A stretch of DNA of 64,000 nt from Phoronis australis (taxonomy: Eukaryota > Animalia > Phoronida). How positions within the stretch are numbered: the first letter of the stretch is position 1; every line of letters starts with the position of its first letter. Under the pieces are notes generated by a model that worked only from the letters and a program-made list of their open reading frames with translations, was not told the origin of the DNA and did not search any database. The stretch spans positions 524,300-588,299 of the forward strand of contig NMRA01000016.1 in NCBI GenBank assembly GCA_002633005.1, written 5' to 3'. A program made the position numbers and the translations under genes. Shown here piece after piece: positions 1 to 32,000 of this stretch.

Positions 1-459
1 AAGCAAAGCACTTCGATGCCTTAATTTTGGCACCAACACCGACCCCATCCTCCTGTGAAAAATAGTTTAAAATGGTGGAAGTTGCAAAATTCCTCTCTTT
101 CCATGCATGACTAAAGATTCATAAGTTCATAAGCACTTTTAACTCACACAGTCTCTTGAATTGATGACAACCAAAACTGTGGGGAGGCGCGTTCCCATCA
201 CCGTAAAACAATTCTCCACCCAAGAGGCCCAGGCACCTTCCCCTTAGGCAAGCAATCACCCTATCACCCTAAGTTATTTTCTAACAATTTACAATTTATT
301 TTTTGCTAATTTCCCTCACAATCCCTGCTTTATCTCTGATAAAATTTTATGATGTTTTAGTTAAAAAACTATTGTGCACGGAAGCAGCATGTTCCTTTGA
401 CCAAATGCAGAACACAGACGACCATTTAACAGCATTGTGAGTACTACAGTAGAGCTCAC

Positions 460-2719
460 CTCCAGGATGGCTGGATGCTTGAGACGTGAGTGGATCTTCA
501 CTTCATCCTCTACTCTGGACACCATACCTGCCTGCTGCATCAATTTCTTGTCAATCTGAAAGGTCAAGAGGTCAAGTTAAGCGTACGTAGTTCATTGATG
601 AAACCTAATGTAAATGATAAAAAAACAGTTCATTTGACCAAGTGCAGGAATGACGCAACTGCCAAATTTCTACACACAACAGATAACTATAAAAGACAGT
701 GACAAAACAAATTACTGAGGCATTAACACATGTATATAAGATGCCTTAGCAGTCATTTGCTATATTCACACATGTAGAGTGGCATATTAGTGATACCACC
801 AGACAATTTCTCGAGCACGTCAGTCATGACCAAATGCCTTGCCTTTCAAAGTAAATATTATCAAAATCTTAAAATTTTTTAATGAAAAATGATCAAATTT
901 AGAGGCTCTTAAGTGAAAGTATACATTTATCAAGTCCTACCCAACCAATTTTTGTTTTCATCAACAATAAAAAGGCTATGCGCAGTTGAAGAAAGTGTGT
1001 GGTACAAACGTTGTTGCAAGTGAAGTAATGCAATGTAGAGAAACATGGTGCAACAGTACAGACCATTTTGATCGCCACTTCCTGCCCTGTGCCGATACAT
1101 TTTGCTCTGTACACGCAAGCGAATCCTCCGCGACCCAGGAGGTTCAAAACCTGGTAACCCTGCAAGCAACAAATCGTTAAACAACTGTCATCGCACGTTT
1201 CAAAATTTAGTGTGTGAGTACCAGAAGCCAGTCTCACACGAAAGAAATTTCTGATTTTCAACACACTGTAAAATGTGTCGTCCCCAGCATTTTTGTACTA
1301 GTATTCTTCTTACCTCCCATTTACCATTTTTTACAAATAATTCAAAACATGTAACTCGCAAACATTGCATCTTAACCACTTACAGTCAAGTTACCTGAAT
1401 ATCAGACGTTTTGGCAAATTTTGCATTATACTTAATTGGAAATACTACGGGTTGTTGTAAATTCTTTACTGAAATAAAGAATTACCTTTACGGAATTGTT
1501 CTGTTACTATATCTAGTCTCCTAAAGCCATATTTAATTTCTGACTGATCTTTATAAACAGCACAACTAGTAAATCCTCAGGGATCCCAAATATCGGAGAC
1601 CATGTTTCTGAATACACCACATTGTGGAAAACTGATAAACCAAGTAATTGGTTTAGGTCACCTTGTTGCCAATTTGCAGCTTATGTTTTAATATATTTGT
1701 TGCTAGAATACAGCTCTGTTCCCAACAAAATTATCCATAAAATGTAATATGATGACAGCACTGCATTGTTTCGATGAATCAGTGCAAATGACTAACGCAT
1801 ATGCAATCTCACTGCAGTTCTTAGTGTCTCTTTGTCTTCTTGATATGGCACACGCGTGTGTAGGGCCAGGGTTTGACTTGAGTTAAAAACAAATGAAAAA
1901 ATGAAACAGTGGAGCCTGTCAGTTAATTGAGATGATTTCATTGTGGAGAAAGATTTCGATTTCAACTTTCATAACCGTTTCATGCGATCATCCGTTTTGG
2001 ACCGACTTGGGGGTCTAAAGTGCACCTTCTCTTGTTGAAATCAAAACGAGACAAAGCTATAAAAATGAAAAGGTGCCGGACATTGAATGGATTACAGCAG
2101 AACGGAAATTGTTGTATTTTATTTCTCAGATTATACTTCAGGTAAGATTTTATAAAAATGTCCTATATTTAGGTCCGTCCGGTATTTAGGTACACTATCA
2201 ATGAGCTATTTTCCCAGGGCAGTGATTAAGAAAGGTCTTATACTTTTCTCGCATGCCTCCTAATCTTATAGGAACAGTGGTGCCACCTGGTATAGATTTT
2301 AATACCTTTGGCACACAATTTTACAGTATATTTCGTGAAATCGGTACATTTGCTATTGTCGCTCTGTCGGCAGTAAACACAAACACACACACTTAAATTA
2401 CAACAGGACGGTTTTGCTTAAGTTTCAGTGACCTCAGATTCCATACTGATTTTTTGTGCCCAACCTTTATGTTTCATCACAGTGAGTTGTGTCAGTGGTG
2501 ATCGAGGAATAGATAGACACAAGGGCCTGATGTCCAGATGAGGTTCAAAAAAAACTCCAAGTCAAAATCATCAAAAGTCAAAGAGCAAACAAAAGTCAAA
2601 ACGGATTCACTTCCTTTAAATTAGCAAATCCAGCATCTCTGAGAGCGTCAAAAAATTTAATTTTGAAATAATCCAATTCTTTGCTGTTCTCTTACCTCAA
2701 TAGAGTCCTTCATTTGCAT
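460..2719 (-). CDS. PLK4: Polo-like kinase 4 (PLK4/SAK), first three coding exons; gene continues beyond the window start
   Basis: Exons 2719-2696 (MQMKDSIE), 1159-1064 ([32 protein letters not shown]) and 555-460 ([32 protein letters not shown]). All junctions are GT-AG, phase 0. Matches the PLK4 kinase N-lobe as I recall it (human [24 protein letters not shown]...[37 protein letters not shown]). Confidence 0.93.
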
Positions 2720-20282
<17,563 letters not shown>

Positions 20283-23200
20283 TATGCTGGGACAATGAAG
20301 AACTATAGATATTTATGAGTAGCCATCATTGGATGACAGGCCAGGCAGAGATAATAATGTCTTATTGATGCTGTCATTATTGTTGTTTGGGGAATCGCAC
20401 AGACTGATGGACAGTATGAGGACTGAGTATTAGGCGTGAAAACTATCACGAAAGATTGGTGTCTGATAAAGTTGAGGTATCACTTGGTGCCATTAAGTTT
20501 ACAGGGAGTCTTGGGAAAGTGTCTATAGGAAGCCTGCACGTTTGGGAATGTTCTTTTTATGGAGTGAAGGGTAGTCCTGCAGTATTTAGCATTCGGGTTT
20601 GGTGTGGAGGTAAGTGGCACCACAGGAGCCTTGATCACTCATATTTGAAGCCGAATATCAGCCTTATTCTCATCTTAACACATTAAAATATCACACGAAG
20701 CTCACCTCAACAGGTCTGACTACTCCCCCAAATAACAAATCTTCCTCTCCAGGTTACATTCAGTTTCTGCCAAACCTCAGAAACTGCAAGTGACGAATCT
20801 CGTGCCTAGAATGTGCGTTCTGAAATGGGGTATGAACTAGATGTTGACAAGAGCAGGGGTGATTGCACAGCTTTGATTTAGGAGAGGGGGAGGGGTTTAG
20901 AATAAAGGGTGAGCTTGGGGGATATTGGCGGCTTTCCCACACTGGAAAAAATTCCCCTATCAGAGGGTACAGAACCTGCTCCCAAAAGTGATCAACAAAT
21001 CAACAACCCCGTTAGGAGTTGTCATTCTTTCAATGTGGCTATTGCTGTTGTTACGTGCAATTTCCTAAAGATACTCTGGCTCATCCTGGTGAGATTTCTT
21101 GTCGGCTTTTTTCTACAATACTGGAGACTTTCAAGAAAATTTTGCTATGAATAGTTGAGATTATGTGTTCGTTATCGACTAAAAATTCCAGTTTGAAGGA
21201 GGCACATACTAAAACCTTAAGTCTATGATACCTCATACATCAATGTGAGATTGAAGGTAATGCACTGTTCATGAGATTGTGCGATTCAGATTCTTTGCTC
21301 TGTCATGTGTTATCCGAAGTATAGAGCAAGAGTTGGGTAATGTCTGTCCTTAATTTCGGTTTGCCTTGTGTTGAACACCACATGTGAATCTGCACCTTGC
21401 CTGCTATGGTTACTGCCATGTCTTGTGTACCTATTTTCAGGCTTTGTTCCTAAGGGTCATATTTAAACATTTTTGGCTAGTATGCACCAACCAATCAACA
21501 ACAATTGTATTTTTCTACACATACATGTACATGTGGGTTATGGACAGCACCAATACTGAATAGGGGAGGTTACCTTTGACTACAAACATACTACGAAATC
21601 GCAACAGATTTTGGCATTGTCTTATTTTGGAATTTCTAATGTGCATGTTTGTATTTGCCTATAGGTAAGCTTTACGGAAAACTTTTGCAGAATGCACGTT
21701 ATAAGTTAATGTTTTACTTGTCAAACATTTTTGTAGTTGCTTGTGTATATAAGATGGACATGTATATAATTTCTGATTTACACCTAGTCTCTAATTAAGA
21801 AATGTTAAATGCCGAATGTTACAGCCAGTGTTTTGTTGCACTGTAAATGACACTGCTTGATAGGTAGCAGCAATTCATAGGCTATGTTTAGCGTCAGAGT
21901 TTAGTATTTAATGTTCATTGTTTTGTTCATTGTTGTCCTGTTCTGTCAGACAAGCCAAAATATCGGTGTTGTTTAAATGCAAAGTGACTGTCAGTTAGAT
22001 TCTGAGTACACAGGGAAAATGTACTTGTGATAAACTTACTTCCAAACATTTTGGTTCAAAACTTCCCTTTAGAAATTCTCTTTTTCGCTCTATTTAATTT
22101 AGAAATGTCATAGAACAAATTGCACAGCAATTGTTCCCTTATAGTGGTCTTTGAACGTGACTTCATTTTTTCAAAATAAATACTTATATATCATTTGTCA
22201 GTTTAGTTTTCGTGGGCATTATACAGTCACCCCTGTCTGACGTCCGTTCGGCCTCTACTGTTCCCATTAGAGATCAGCGTCACAAGTGAATTTTTGAATG
22301 GATTCGACTACCACTGTTGGCCTTTTATGCAATTTTAGTTTTTATGCATTCTATAACCACCAAGTTGCTTGAGGGATTTTCATGCAATTTGGAAAATAGG
22401 TTGCTATTGTGTAGACCACATCTTCTCATTTTCTAATGGTCACATTCATTACTTTTGCGTGTTTTTTTTTCGTGTCTGCCTCTCTCTCCGACAACCACTT
22501 CAAGGTTAATTATGAAATATCACAGAGGTTCCCGCTAACATTATCACGACTGGCGTTGATTTTCGGACGAGTCGGTCTACTGTGGCGCCCCCTAGTAGCA
22601 ATTTAGCTTATCTTAGGGTCTGTCACTATATCTACATAGTCCCTTGGTGGATTTTTATGAAACAAGGCGATACAGTCTCTAGTTAGTCTCCTGCACAGAC
22701 CCACGAGATTGATTGGGGTCTGCTTCCGTTTTAGGGTTAGTGCTGCGCCCCTAGTGGCAATTTTTGCGTATTTCAACCATTTGCGCTGCTTATGTTGAAT
22801 TTGAGGTGGTACACAAACATAATCGCCACCAAAGTGAATGACCCTGAAATTCAAATTTTTGTTATTGAAAAAATACATGCTTACATTGATGTACGAAATG
22901 TTGCTTTCTAATGATGAGAGATGTTCTCATGGAGTCTGCATTGGAGACCGACAATGACGGGAAGACGTAAACCACTGATGTTGGACGCCGCGTTTTGTAG
23001 ACTAAGACTTTATCTAGTGGTTAAAAATCTTGGTCAATTTTCTGAATAATGTTTCACAAATCCTTGAAGTGAACACAGATCGCACTAAACACTGACCCAT
23101 CTAGCCTGTGTCGCGAGGAGGAACCGACTCCAAGGACCCAAGGACAAACTTTGAGGTAGCCCTAATGGAGGTGTGCCGTCACTGCTTTTCCTCGTGGTGG

Positions 23201-25001
23201 GCTCTCTCACCAAAAATCCGCCAACGAATAGCTACGTTGCACCGCACATCTTAAAACAAAGGAAATTGCCAACAAGAGGAAAACAGTGATAACAATTTGG
23301 AAGTAAACATACGTCAGGAGGCAGAAGAAACAAATTTTAAACAGTCAATTTGGCGGATATCGGACCTGTAGCGGATTTTTGTATCACCAATAATTTCCTA
23401 ATAATTCGCCCACTTTCAGGAAAACAGTGTGATTGTGAGTTTTTATAGTGCAAAGATAAAACCCGATGTGGTTCGTAGAGAAAAATACTTGTGTTCAGTA
23501 TGATGTATTAAAAGCTTCTGGTGTGAAAGTATAAAAATGGTACATATAACTTGCAAGTGAACCTATTCGACCAATCAGAATGTGCGCCAAATACAAAACT
23601 AACCAATGGGGAAGAATAGCTTGGGCTGGGATGATTTGTAAATATATGTCAAGAGTTAACAATAATAAGTCTTAACTTAACATGTACAGGAAATACCTAA
23701 ACTAATAAACCATGAAAAAAGGTCACAAACACATTCCAATAGTGATCTACAACATGTAACTCTCTCACCTTTTTCTTGTGGTGATGGGGTATAGTAGCTT
23801 TCAACGCTTAGATGTTTGTATCCCCATTTGGAAATTGCTAATGCAGTGTCTAAAATATTTAAAATGATAACAGTATATTTCGAAGGATTCTACGTAAAAG
23901 ATTCCCCTCTACAAAACTTTTCTTTTTTCAATTATATTTAAAATATAAATATATTATTCACAGAAGCATATTCCACTAAAAATTTTTATTAGAAGCATTT
24001 GTTTGCTTACCGCTGCGTCCTTTTATCAGTGAAGGCTACGTCTCAGTTTGAAGGGTAAAATTTTGACTATTAAGTAAAAATCATTACCTCACATTAAAGA
24101 AACGGCTGAAGTTCATTTTTGACTTAAGTTTAAGATCTGTCTTAATTTCCAATCTTTGAAACTTCCAAATTCGGTAAGTAAGTCAAAATTAAGACAAAAC
24201 TTATGTCAAACACTTAACTCAAACTTAAGATCTCTTTTTTGAATTGGTCTTGAGACAAATTTAACTTTTATTTTAAAATTTGCAAAAAAATTAAGATTTG
24301 TCTTGGCTAAGACAGTTTTGTTGGAACGGGCCCATGGGCTCCATGTGCCATCGCCATCGTCTTCGTCGTAACAACTCAAAAATCGACCTATTCACGACAA
24401 AAATATTTTTTTTACATTCACATGACTGATGGTAAGAAAATTTCATGGGTTTCACATTGATAAGTTATTCCCTGCCTCAGCATTTGGAAAGGTGTTTGCA
24501 CTTAGCACGAACCTGTAAGTTTATTTCAAGTTAATCTGCACCCCTTTGTGAACACGCCTATAAGCGCCTTGGAACAATGGTCATTATGTGCCGTCCAAGT
24601 CGTTGACTGTATTCATTGAAGGCGTTCTTTAATTGCAAAACTCCAGGCGCCACGCCGCTCACCACATGTTTTAATCCGACTTCGCTTCGTTTCGTTCGTG
24701 TGTTCAGCCACGCTGAGATGCAAAAGGCGGCGCATTTATTGAATCCTTTGAGTTAGCAATAGGCTTTGTAACATGGTCAGTTTCACGGTACGCCAAATTA
24801 ATGATCCCTTGAATGGATGTTACGTAACTGTCGAAGCATCACGGACAGTTGCATTCTGGGCTGGGCGTGAGCCAATCATAACAAAGTTTATTCGAATTTC
24901 GCGTTTCGCTCACGTGGTCTTGCTTGTGATTGTTGTCTGCAGAAAGTTTGCATCGGAATTCGTGTCCTGCTGTATTCTCGCCGAAATAAACTTGCAGAAG
25001 T

Positions 25002-28000
25002 ATGAACAAGTCTCCTGTCATGCAAGGCGTTAAGAGTTGCTCTGGTGTATCGGGGAATGTTTCATTCTCGGCTTGTGGTAGAGGAAAGGCATTAACCATG
25101 GCACTAACTAAATCTCCCAGCTGTACCGATGCGACGAAAACGCAAGTGAGCGTGGGAACCCCAAGTCCTGTTTCCGTTTCGCCTGTCTCGGAGAAATCAT
25201 TCACATTCGATGCTGAGTTTAGTGTGAGTATCTGTCAACTTCTATTCTACAATACTTGCTCCCCAATAATCTGCCGCTCTAGGATCGACGACAAACGGTT
25301 CCATGATTTCTGATGTTTATACTTTTTCAGAATTTGTCACGTGGAACTTTGAATTGCAGTGATAAGGTAAGACATGACAATCACAATTTTATATCTTTAC
25401 TCAATCAGTCGGTCTGAGCACACTCTTTATCAAGTAGCATATAAAGAGATTTTTTTAAATAATTGCAACTTGCTGTATGTTGTCGGCTTGTAATCTTCGC
25501 AGGCCTACTCCGCCCTACTCGTTACTTGGTTCTTTTGTCAGGTCAACATTTAGTTTATTTTCCGAGGCCAAAGCCAGTTAAAATTAGGACAGTAGGCCTA
25601 AGTGCACATCTTTACTTTGAGACTTGATTTAATAAAAAATTCATTGCCAGTACGTGGAATTCGAAAAGACATTTATCAGGGCTTGGAATGTTCATCTTTT
25701 AAGAGGATTTCCACTTTTCATTTCCTGTTATTTGATTTCCTCTTTTTTGATTTCCAGTTTTCTCTTTTTTCGTCTCTTTTTATTTGACTTTATTCATGCA
25801 AAAACGTTTCTTTCAGTTAAACTTTTCTACATAAGCCACCTGGAAAGTTTTTCTATTTTTTTCATTGGTCATTCCAAGGCCTGGTTTATTTGGTTGACTT
25901 TTCGTGCAAGAAGTTCCAAGTTGAAGTACCAGTCACATGGGGGAATCATTGTTCACTGAAATATTAGCATGTGGCATTCCTTTTGGTACACCACAGCAGG
26001 TGACATGTATCACTGTCTCCATCTTGTTAATCATGTTGTTGACCACTACAATCAAATTTCACTGTTGTAAACCAGACCAGGCAGTAATTGACCTGTGTAT
26101 GGTCAGGCCTCACACACACAGGTTATTATGTAATATTGGAGCACTTTCAATCTGCTTGATTTATTTGGCCTAAAGTGTGTCCAAGCAGATGACTATAGAA
26201 AGCCAAAGTGGAAAGGAATCCAGAACACCAAATTTGTGGTTCTGCTAAATCTTTCGCTACATGAATACATTTCGTATTTGAAGTTCCCCGAGAATGAAGA
26301 TAAAGTATTTTGGTAGGCATGTGTGAAATATTGCAAAAATGGTCAATTTTTGTGAATAAGGTTTGAGATATCGTGAAATGTCTCCCATAAGTCCCATTGG
26401 TTTAGATAACCAGTCATCAGCAAAACTGAAACTTAAATGAACCCCACAAATTTTGACTGTAAATCTTAAGTTTTGAAGCATCTACCTTTTACAAATCAAG
26501 ACAATTAGTTGGAACCATTGAGTGTGCTTCTTACTTTAAAGTTTGAAAACAAAATTGGCAAAAGCATTGGCATTTTGCTATCCATCTGATGTCAAAAGCT
26601 ACTAAGTAGTCTACCAACAAATATGTAGAAAAATAAATGTCTTAATGTGGAAATATCGTAAATTCTGTTTGCTCTAACCCGTACTAAGTAATAAAATTTT
26701 CTGAAAGGTGAATAAATGTTCTAGCATAATTCATTGTTCTTATTTACTTGTTTTTATTTTTTTTCATGAGATATGCATTTTTTGGTAAATTTTGAACAGA
26801 GATTTTAAAAATTGTTCTTCCAATCATATTGGTCTTTTGTCGACATGTTGATATCGGCATTTTTGAGGTAGTCGTGTCTCATATTTTTGAAATCAAGGTC
26901 TAGTTTTTCGGAACAAAGTCTTCAAATATCAAGAGTGTGGCCGTTTTTTGCTCAAAATGCTCTAAAAAGTCGATAATTAAAAAATTTAAGACCTAGTGGT
27001 GTTGTTATGGCGTCTTCTTTAACCTGTTGAAAGAGTTTTGTGAAATCTGGCAGATTTGTTGCTGTGGAAGTGACGTCAGCTGATAACAAGTTTCGGACTA
27101 ATCAAAATGTTGCCGTGCCCCTAGAGGCAATTTTGTATGTTTGTTAATTTTGTATTGAGGAGAGGACGTTTTACGTTTTTCTTATTGGGTCCACGTATTC
27201 TTTGCCATATAGTGGAAATTTTTATGACACAATTTAACACCCCTAGAATCTTGCCATTTGCATGCATAATAAGCTTCACATCACTCCCATTTAAGTTTGT
27301 GGACTTTAAAATGGCCCTTTTTGTGCATAAGTGGCCATTTCTTGTTGACATGTGATGCTTAATATGTTAAATGGCACCAAAACAACTGACAAAATTTATA
27401 ATCGTACAGATTTTTTTTGCCTATGTGCCAGTGTTACTGCATTTTCTTGTCACCATGCCGTACACAAAATTGGGCCCCTGTTCCTAACTAGAATGATGAA
27501 AACATTCCACTGTGGTTAGCTGGCACATGACCCAGTATCTTTGTACTACTTTGGTATCAACTGCAGCAACAGTGGAACTATCAAGATTATTATTTGGTTC
27601 AGTTTCATAGTCTAGGTTTTGCTCAACGTTTGGTTGCCATTCTCTTTGGAAATGGGTAGCAACTTCGAACTTCTGAATTGCTCTAAAAATCGAACATTTG
27701 TCAAAGAAAAACTACATACATTATAGTAATCATTACTGTGACATGTGCTCATCGACAGGTTTTAGGTCATTTCAAAGACGCTGGTTTGCGTCATAACTAT
27801 TGGAAAATCAAGTTTCCAAAAAAGCACCCATTCTCAAAAAAGCACCCTTTGTGCTTTTTTGGAAATCCCTGGTGCATTTGTTTCAAATGAATCCAAGTTA
27901 TTTTCAGGATCAAGGGATAAAATGATAAATTATCCAAATACTCCATGTACAATGGCCAGTCTGAAAAAATGTTCAGATGTCATTGTTTACTTGACTTGCA

Positions 28001-29095
28001 ACACTCTCAAGGTTTCAGCTGCACCTTTACAAGTGTTATATACAACACTGTCCAACAAAAGGTTACTCTGCTCAAATTGTACCACCCTGTTGCACTTGGT
28101 GTTTATTGATGGATCACTCATGTAGGTGATGTAACTGTTTTGATGTATTGTTTCTGTTGTGCCCTAAGTGATGTTAAATTTTACTCCCTGTCCAACTGCA
28201 TTTAATTGTAACATTTTCACTTGAACTCCAATTGTTCTCAAGATGCTAGTTCTTCATTATTGCGCCGCATTTTTTCACCAACCCTTTTTGTTTTACTCTG
28301 ATATAAGACATAGGAAGGCATCTGGAGTTATGGAGATGCAATGTATCAGAGTGCCTGTACTGCAAACTATTGGTGATGTGGGCGAGGGCTTGTGAAGATT
28401 AGTTTGGTGGTGGTGATGGAGTTGTGTCCATGTCAATGTTTTGATAATGCCCATATGTGTGGTTTGTGAGGGAGGGAATAGTTACAGGCTACAGTTGTTA
28501 CCCTGATAAGATGTCGTGAATGTCATTTTTTCACTTCTAAACCAGTCCATATGGCTGACAAGTGAAAGTCTATTTTGTCCAATTTCTCCACAGAAATAAC
28601 AATTGAACATTTTTGTCTATTACTAGCATGGTTTGTAATGTACTGTGTATATGGTAGTTTTTCTAATGATTTGCAGTTGTCATCAGCCTGTGAAAATGGA
28701 AAAATGATGACTGGTAATTATTTTTGTGCGAAATAATCGAAGCATTACTGTAAGAGGTACACCTGAAGTATCAAGTCATGCGTCTCACTTCGCGGTAATT
28801 GAATCAGTGACTTTTAGTGTTACTCTACGTATCACCTGGCTTCTTCTGTTTTTACAGGTGCAAGTGTCTCGGGACATTGTCTCACCTGCTTTGTGTCTTG
28901 CTGTTTCAGATGTACGAAGACTATTTAGAACAGTGTGTGTGTAACAGGAAGCCTGTGATGGTGCTGTGCCGAGCGTGTGGCTACACGTTTGCAGGACGTG
29001 TACGCAAGACCTGCCCATGTCACCCAAAGGTCATCCTGCTCATGGACAACACCACCTGCCCCATGTGCAAGGCAGTAACGCTGCAGGAGTTCTGA
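25002..29095 (+). CDS. Small uncharacterised Cys/His zinc-finger-like protein, about 147 aa (resembles the Drosophila CG13380 family), paralogue 1
   Basis: Proposed exons 25002-25223, 25331-25366 and 28910-29095, all phase 0 and GT-AG. Ser/Thr/Pro-rich N-terminus. C-terminal CVCNRKPVMVLCRACGYTFAGRVRKTCPCHPKVILLMDNTTCPMC. Candidate AATAAA near 30703. The last exon is firm, the 5' exons less so, and the family name is from memory. Confidence 0.7.
25677..25883 (+). mobile_element. Short copy of the CAGGGCTTGGAAT TIR family
   Basis: CAGGGCTTGGAAT...ATTCCAAGGCCTG, flanked by ATTTAT and GTTTAT (5/6 match). Confidence 0.8.
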
Positions 29096-32000
29096 GATTG
29101 ATGTCTCTCTCTATGATGTTGCAGATGGCAGTGGACAGTTTTAACTTATTGACTGTATGTTGTCCTGTGCTCATGTTGTGCTTTGCTGCTCTGGTGACTA
29201 TTGCGGCCCTCTGCTTTGCCAGGAATCGGTCCAAGATGCGACTTCTCAGTTGACCTGCTGTGAAACTGATAAACTGGTATTCGTTTCTGTAAAGTAACCA
29301 AAACATTTTTGAAGTACTTCGTTGACAATTTGACTGTTCCCATCATCATTTCTCACTGTCCACCTCCAGGTGGCACTCTTTTTCATGATTTGGAAAGCAG
29401 TACCTTCCCTTGTTTTAGCCCATGAGACCTTTTTATGCACCCTATGTATACTTATGTAGGTGCATGTTGCTGTCATTTCTGTCTATGCGTCCAGTTGCTG
29501 TATCTCCTGTACCATGCAGGACAAGTGATACAGCTGATGCTTTCCTATGAAGCTGACAACAGGTGGCGTTTTTCACACTATTCCAACTACCACTCCGTCA
29601 TCTTATTTTTTATGTTTGCCTCTGTTCTGTACCCTTGGAGTTCCAGAATGTATGTTCCTGGAATTTAGCAAACAAGTTTCTATTCAGAAGATGGCAATGC
29701 CTTCCCATCAGTGGTTCATCCAGGATTTGAAAAATAGGGCCTTCAAAATTGGTTTCACTATTTCTCAGGCATCCATGATAATAATCATCATGACAGTGTT
29801 TTTATGATCCCGAGTCATATTGCTGTTCTCTTTTGGAAATTTGCTACTATATTCCTATTAACCTCACAACACATGGTCTGATCTGACTACTGCTTCGCCT
29901 CTTTAAGGGCAATTTTGTTTTTTCATGTTTGCATCTGTGTCATTGGGGCTCCTTGAGGGATTTTGATGAAATTTGGCTAGTAGTCTTCTGTTTCGGAGGC
30001 AGCCACAGGTTCCCATTTTTTCGATGGGTTTGACCTTTTGTGTGCCATATAAGGACCTAGATGCATACTGTTTGCTGTACAGTCGTGAGTGCATTTCGAG
30101 GCTCAAGCCTCGCTCGATCTTGTTGTTTTCTTGACCTCTTTCTTTTTGGCATGAACAGAACCTGTTTCAGGGACATGAGCATCGAAATAAAGTCAGTCAT
30201 CCACAAAGCCTTCCTAAGCTCCTGTCCTGTATTCTATCCACCAGAGGGCGCTCCATCGTACCAGAAATTCATGAACTCACCTTTCTCCTTTTATTGGTAA
30301 ATCTTTTAGAGCCAAATTCATTGCTTTCTATAGTTTATAAGTAAGTTTTAACATCTGACTTGTTGTTATGGAATATGTCCGTTTTTCCCTGCAAATGTTT
30401 GGGCATTTCCTTGTATGCCAACTGGCAGGAGGTAAGTTGTGGTAGGGTACTAGCGAGGCAAAAATTACATATTCCCAGTGTTTCAGCCTGAAGCGTACTG
30501 GATGTGGTTGTTGGGAGTAGTCAAATTGTTAAATATCCTTTAGATGTTGACACTCATTGCTAAAAGTTATCCCAGTTGAACTTTGTGTGTTTTTATCTCA
30601 TCTTGTCTGTGAATGTGAAAATTAAGGTTTCCTTTCCAATCTAATTGATGTCATCCGAATTGAGGACCTGAGGTCAAATGGTTGCACTACAAATCGGAAT
30701 GAAATAAAAAATTTTTGCCATTCCCCTTCCTGGTTTTGAGTGATCTCAAGATAAGTATTGCATTATTCTCTGTTCTAGCACATTATAGTTTTAAGTGCAT
30801 GGGTTTATGATGACCTCTCCGTTAGGGCTCCAAACTCCTGTGAAAACTCGGAAGTTTCGAGTGAGTCCCCCACTTTTTCCAGTGCTGTGTAGCCCACGGT
30901 CTATAGGCGATGCACCACAGAAGAGCCAGGGGGCTTTCGCGCCTCCACTTTTTTCAATGCTGCACCCCGGCCCCCATGAATGTGCAAACTAGAATTGTAT
31001 ATACGATTTAGCTCAACAGCAGAACGGAAAATGGCGAACATTACTTTGAGTTGGATACAGACATTGGGCCCTGGATTTTTTAAGCAACTGCATAAATTAC
31101 GCCAGTATGAGAAATTCAGCAGTGGGTATGCAAGTTTTCAATTTCTGGATTGCATTTTCAGTTTTGCAATATCAAAATTTCATAATCCTATTTTTTTACT
31201 TTTGGCATTTACTTCTGTTCACACGAGAGCTGGTTTTTGCAAATGCCCTCTATTTTGGATTAATTCAAGCACTGGTGAAGGGAATTGGCTATAGAATTTA
31301 CACATTCTAGAGAAGGTGAGATGATCGATTTTGGTGACAATTGAAAACTGAGTGCGCTTGTCTCCATGTTTCAACCTGGTTGTGTTGTTTTGTTGTACAG
31401 ATTTGATATGACCTCACGATGTGATTTTTTTATTTAAATAAAAACCGTTTGATATAAGCATCCCAATATGTGTGCAAGTTGTTCCCATTGGAAATCCGTT
31501 TCTCACCGAGTGATCTACGTCTCGAGTTGGGATGGTGGAATGAGACACCGATGAAAAAATTGGTCACGTGTATTTCCTGTTGGAATTGTCTTGGGGGGAG
31601 GGTGTTGTTATACGGTACATTGCATAAGCAAGCAACGTGGTTCGTATCGAAGCGCCTGTAAACCGCGTTCCGTCCAAAAAGCGAACTTTTGACTTAGACC
31701 ACTGATGCACCGCTATGAAATGACGCGAGACCTCGCTACGCCCTCTCATAGGATCCCTGAGTACTATTTAGCCTGTGGTGAAGAGAAATTGGTATCGACT
31801 CGTCCTCTGATGAGAAACGATTTCTAGGTCTGGAAATAGCTGACAATTTGTTATGATTTGACACCGTCGTCTGCATAAAAATGACACGCCGTGACACGAC
31901 AGCTTGCAGTTGCAGAGCCTGTTCTTCAGTTCTCTGGAAGCCCTGATATTACTTAGAATTTGACTATTAAGCAATAATCCGAGAACAGTTTCCCAACGAT

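Noticed and set aside
29093-29300. Selenocysteine readthrough of the TGA in the Cys-rich gene
   Set aside because: A second in-frame TGA follows two codons later, the paralogue has His rather than Cys at this position, and I see no convincing SECIS.
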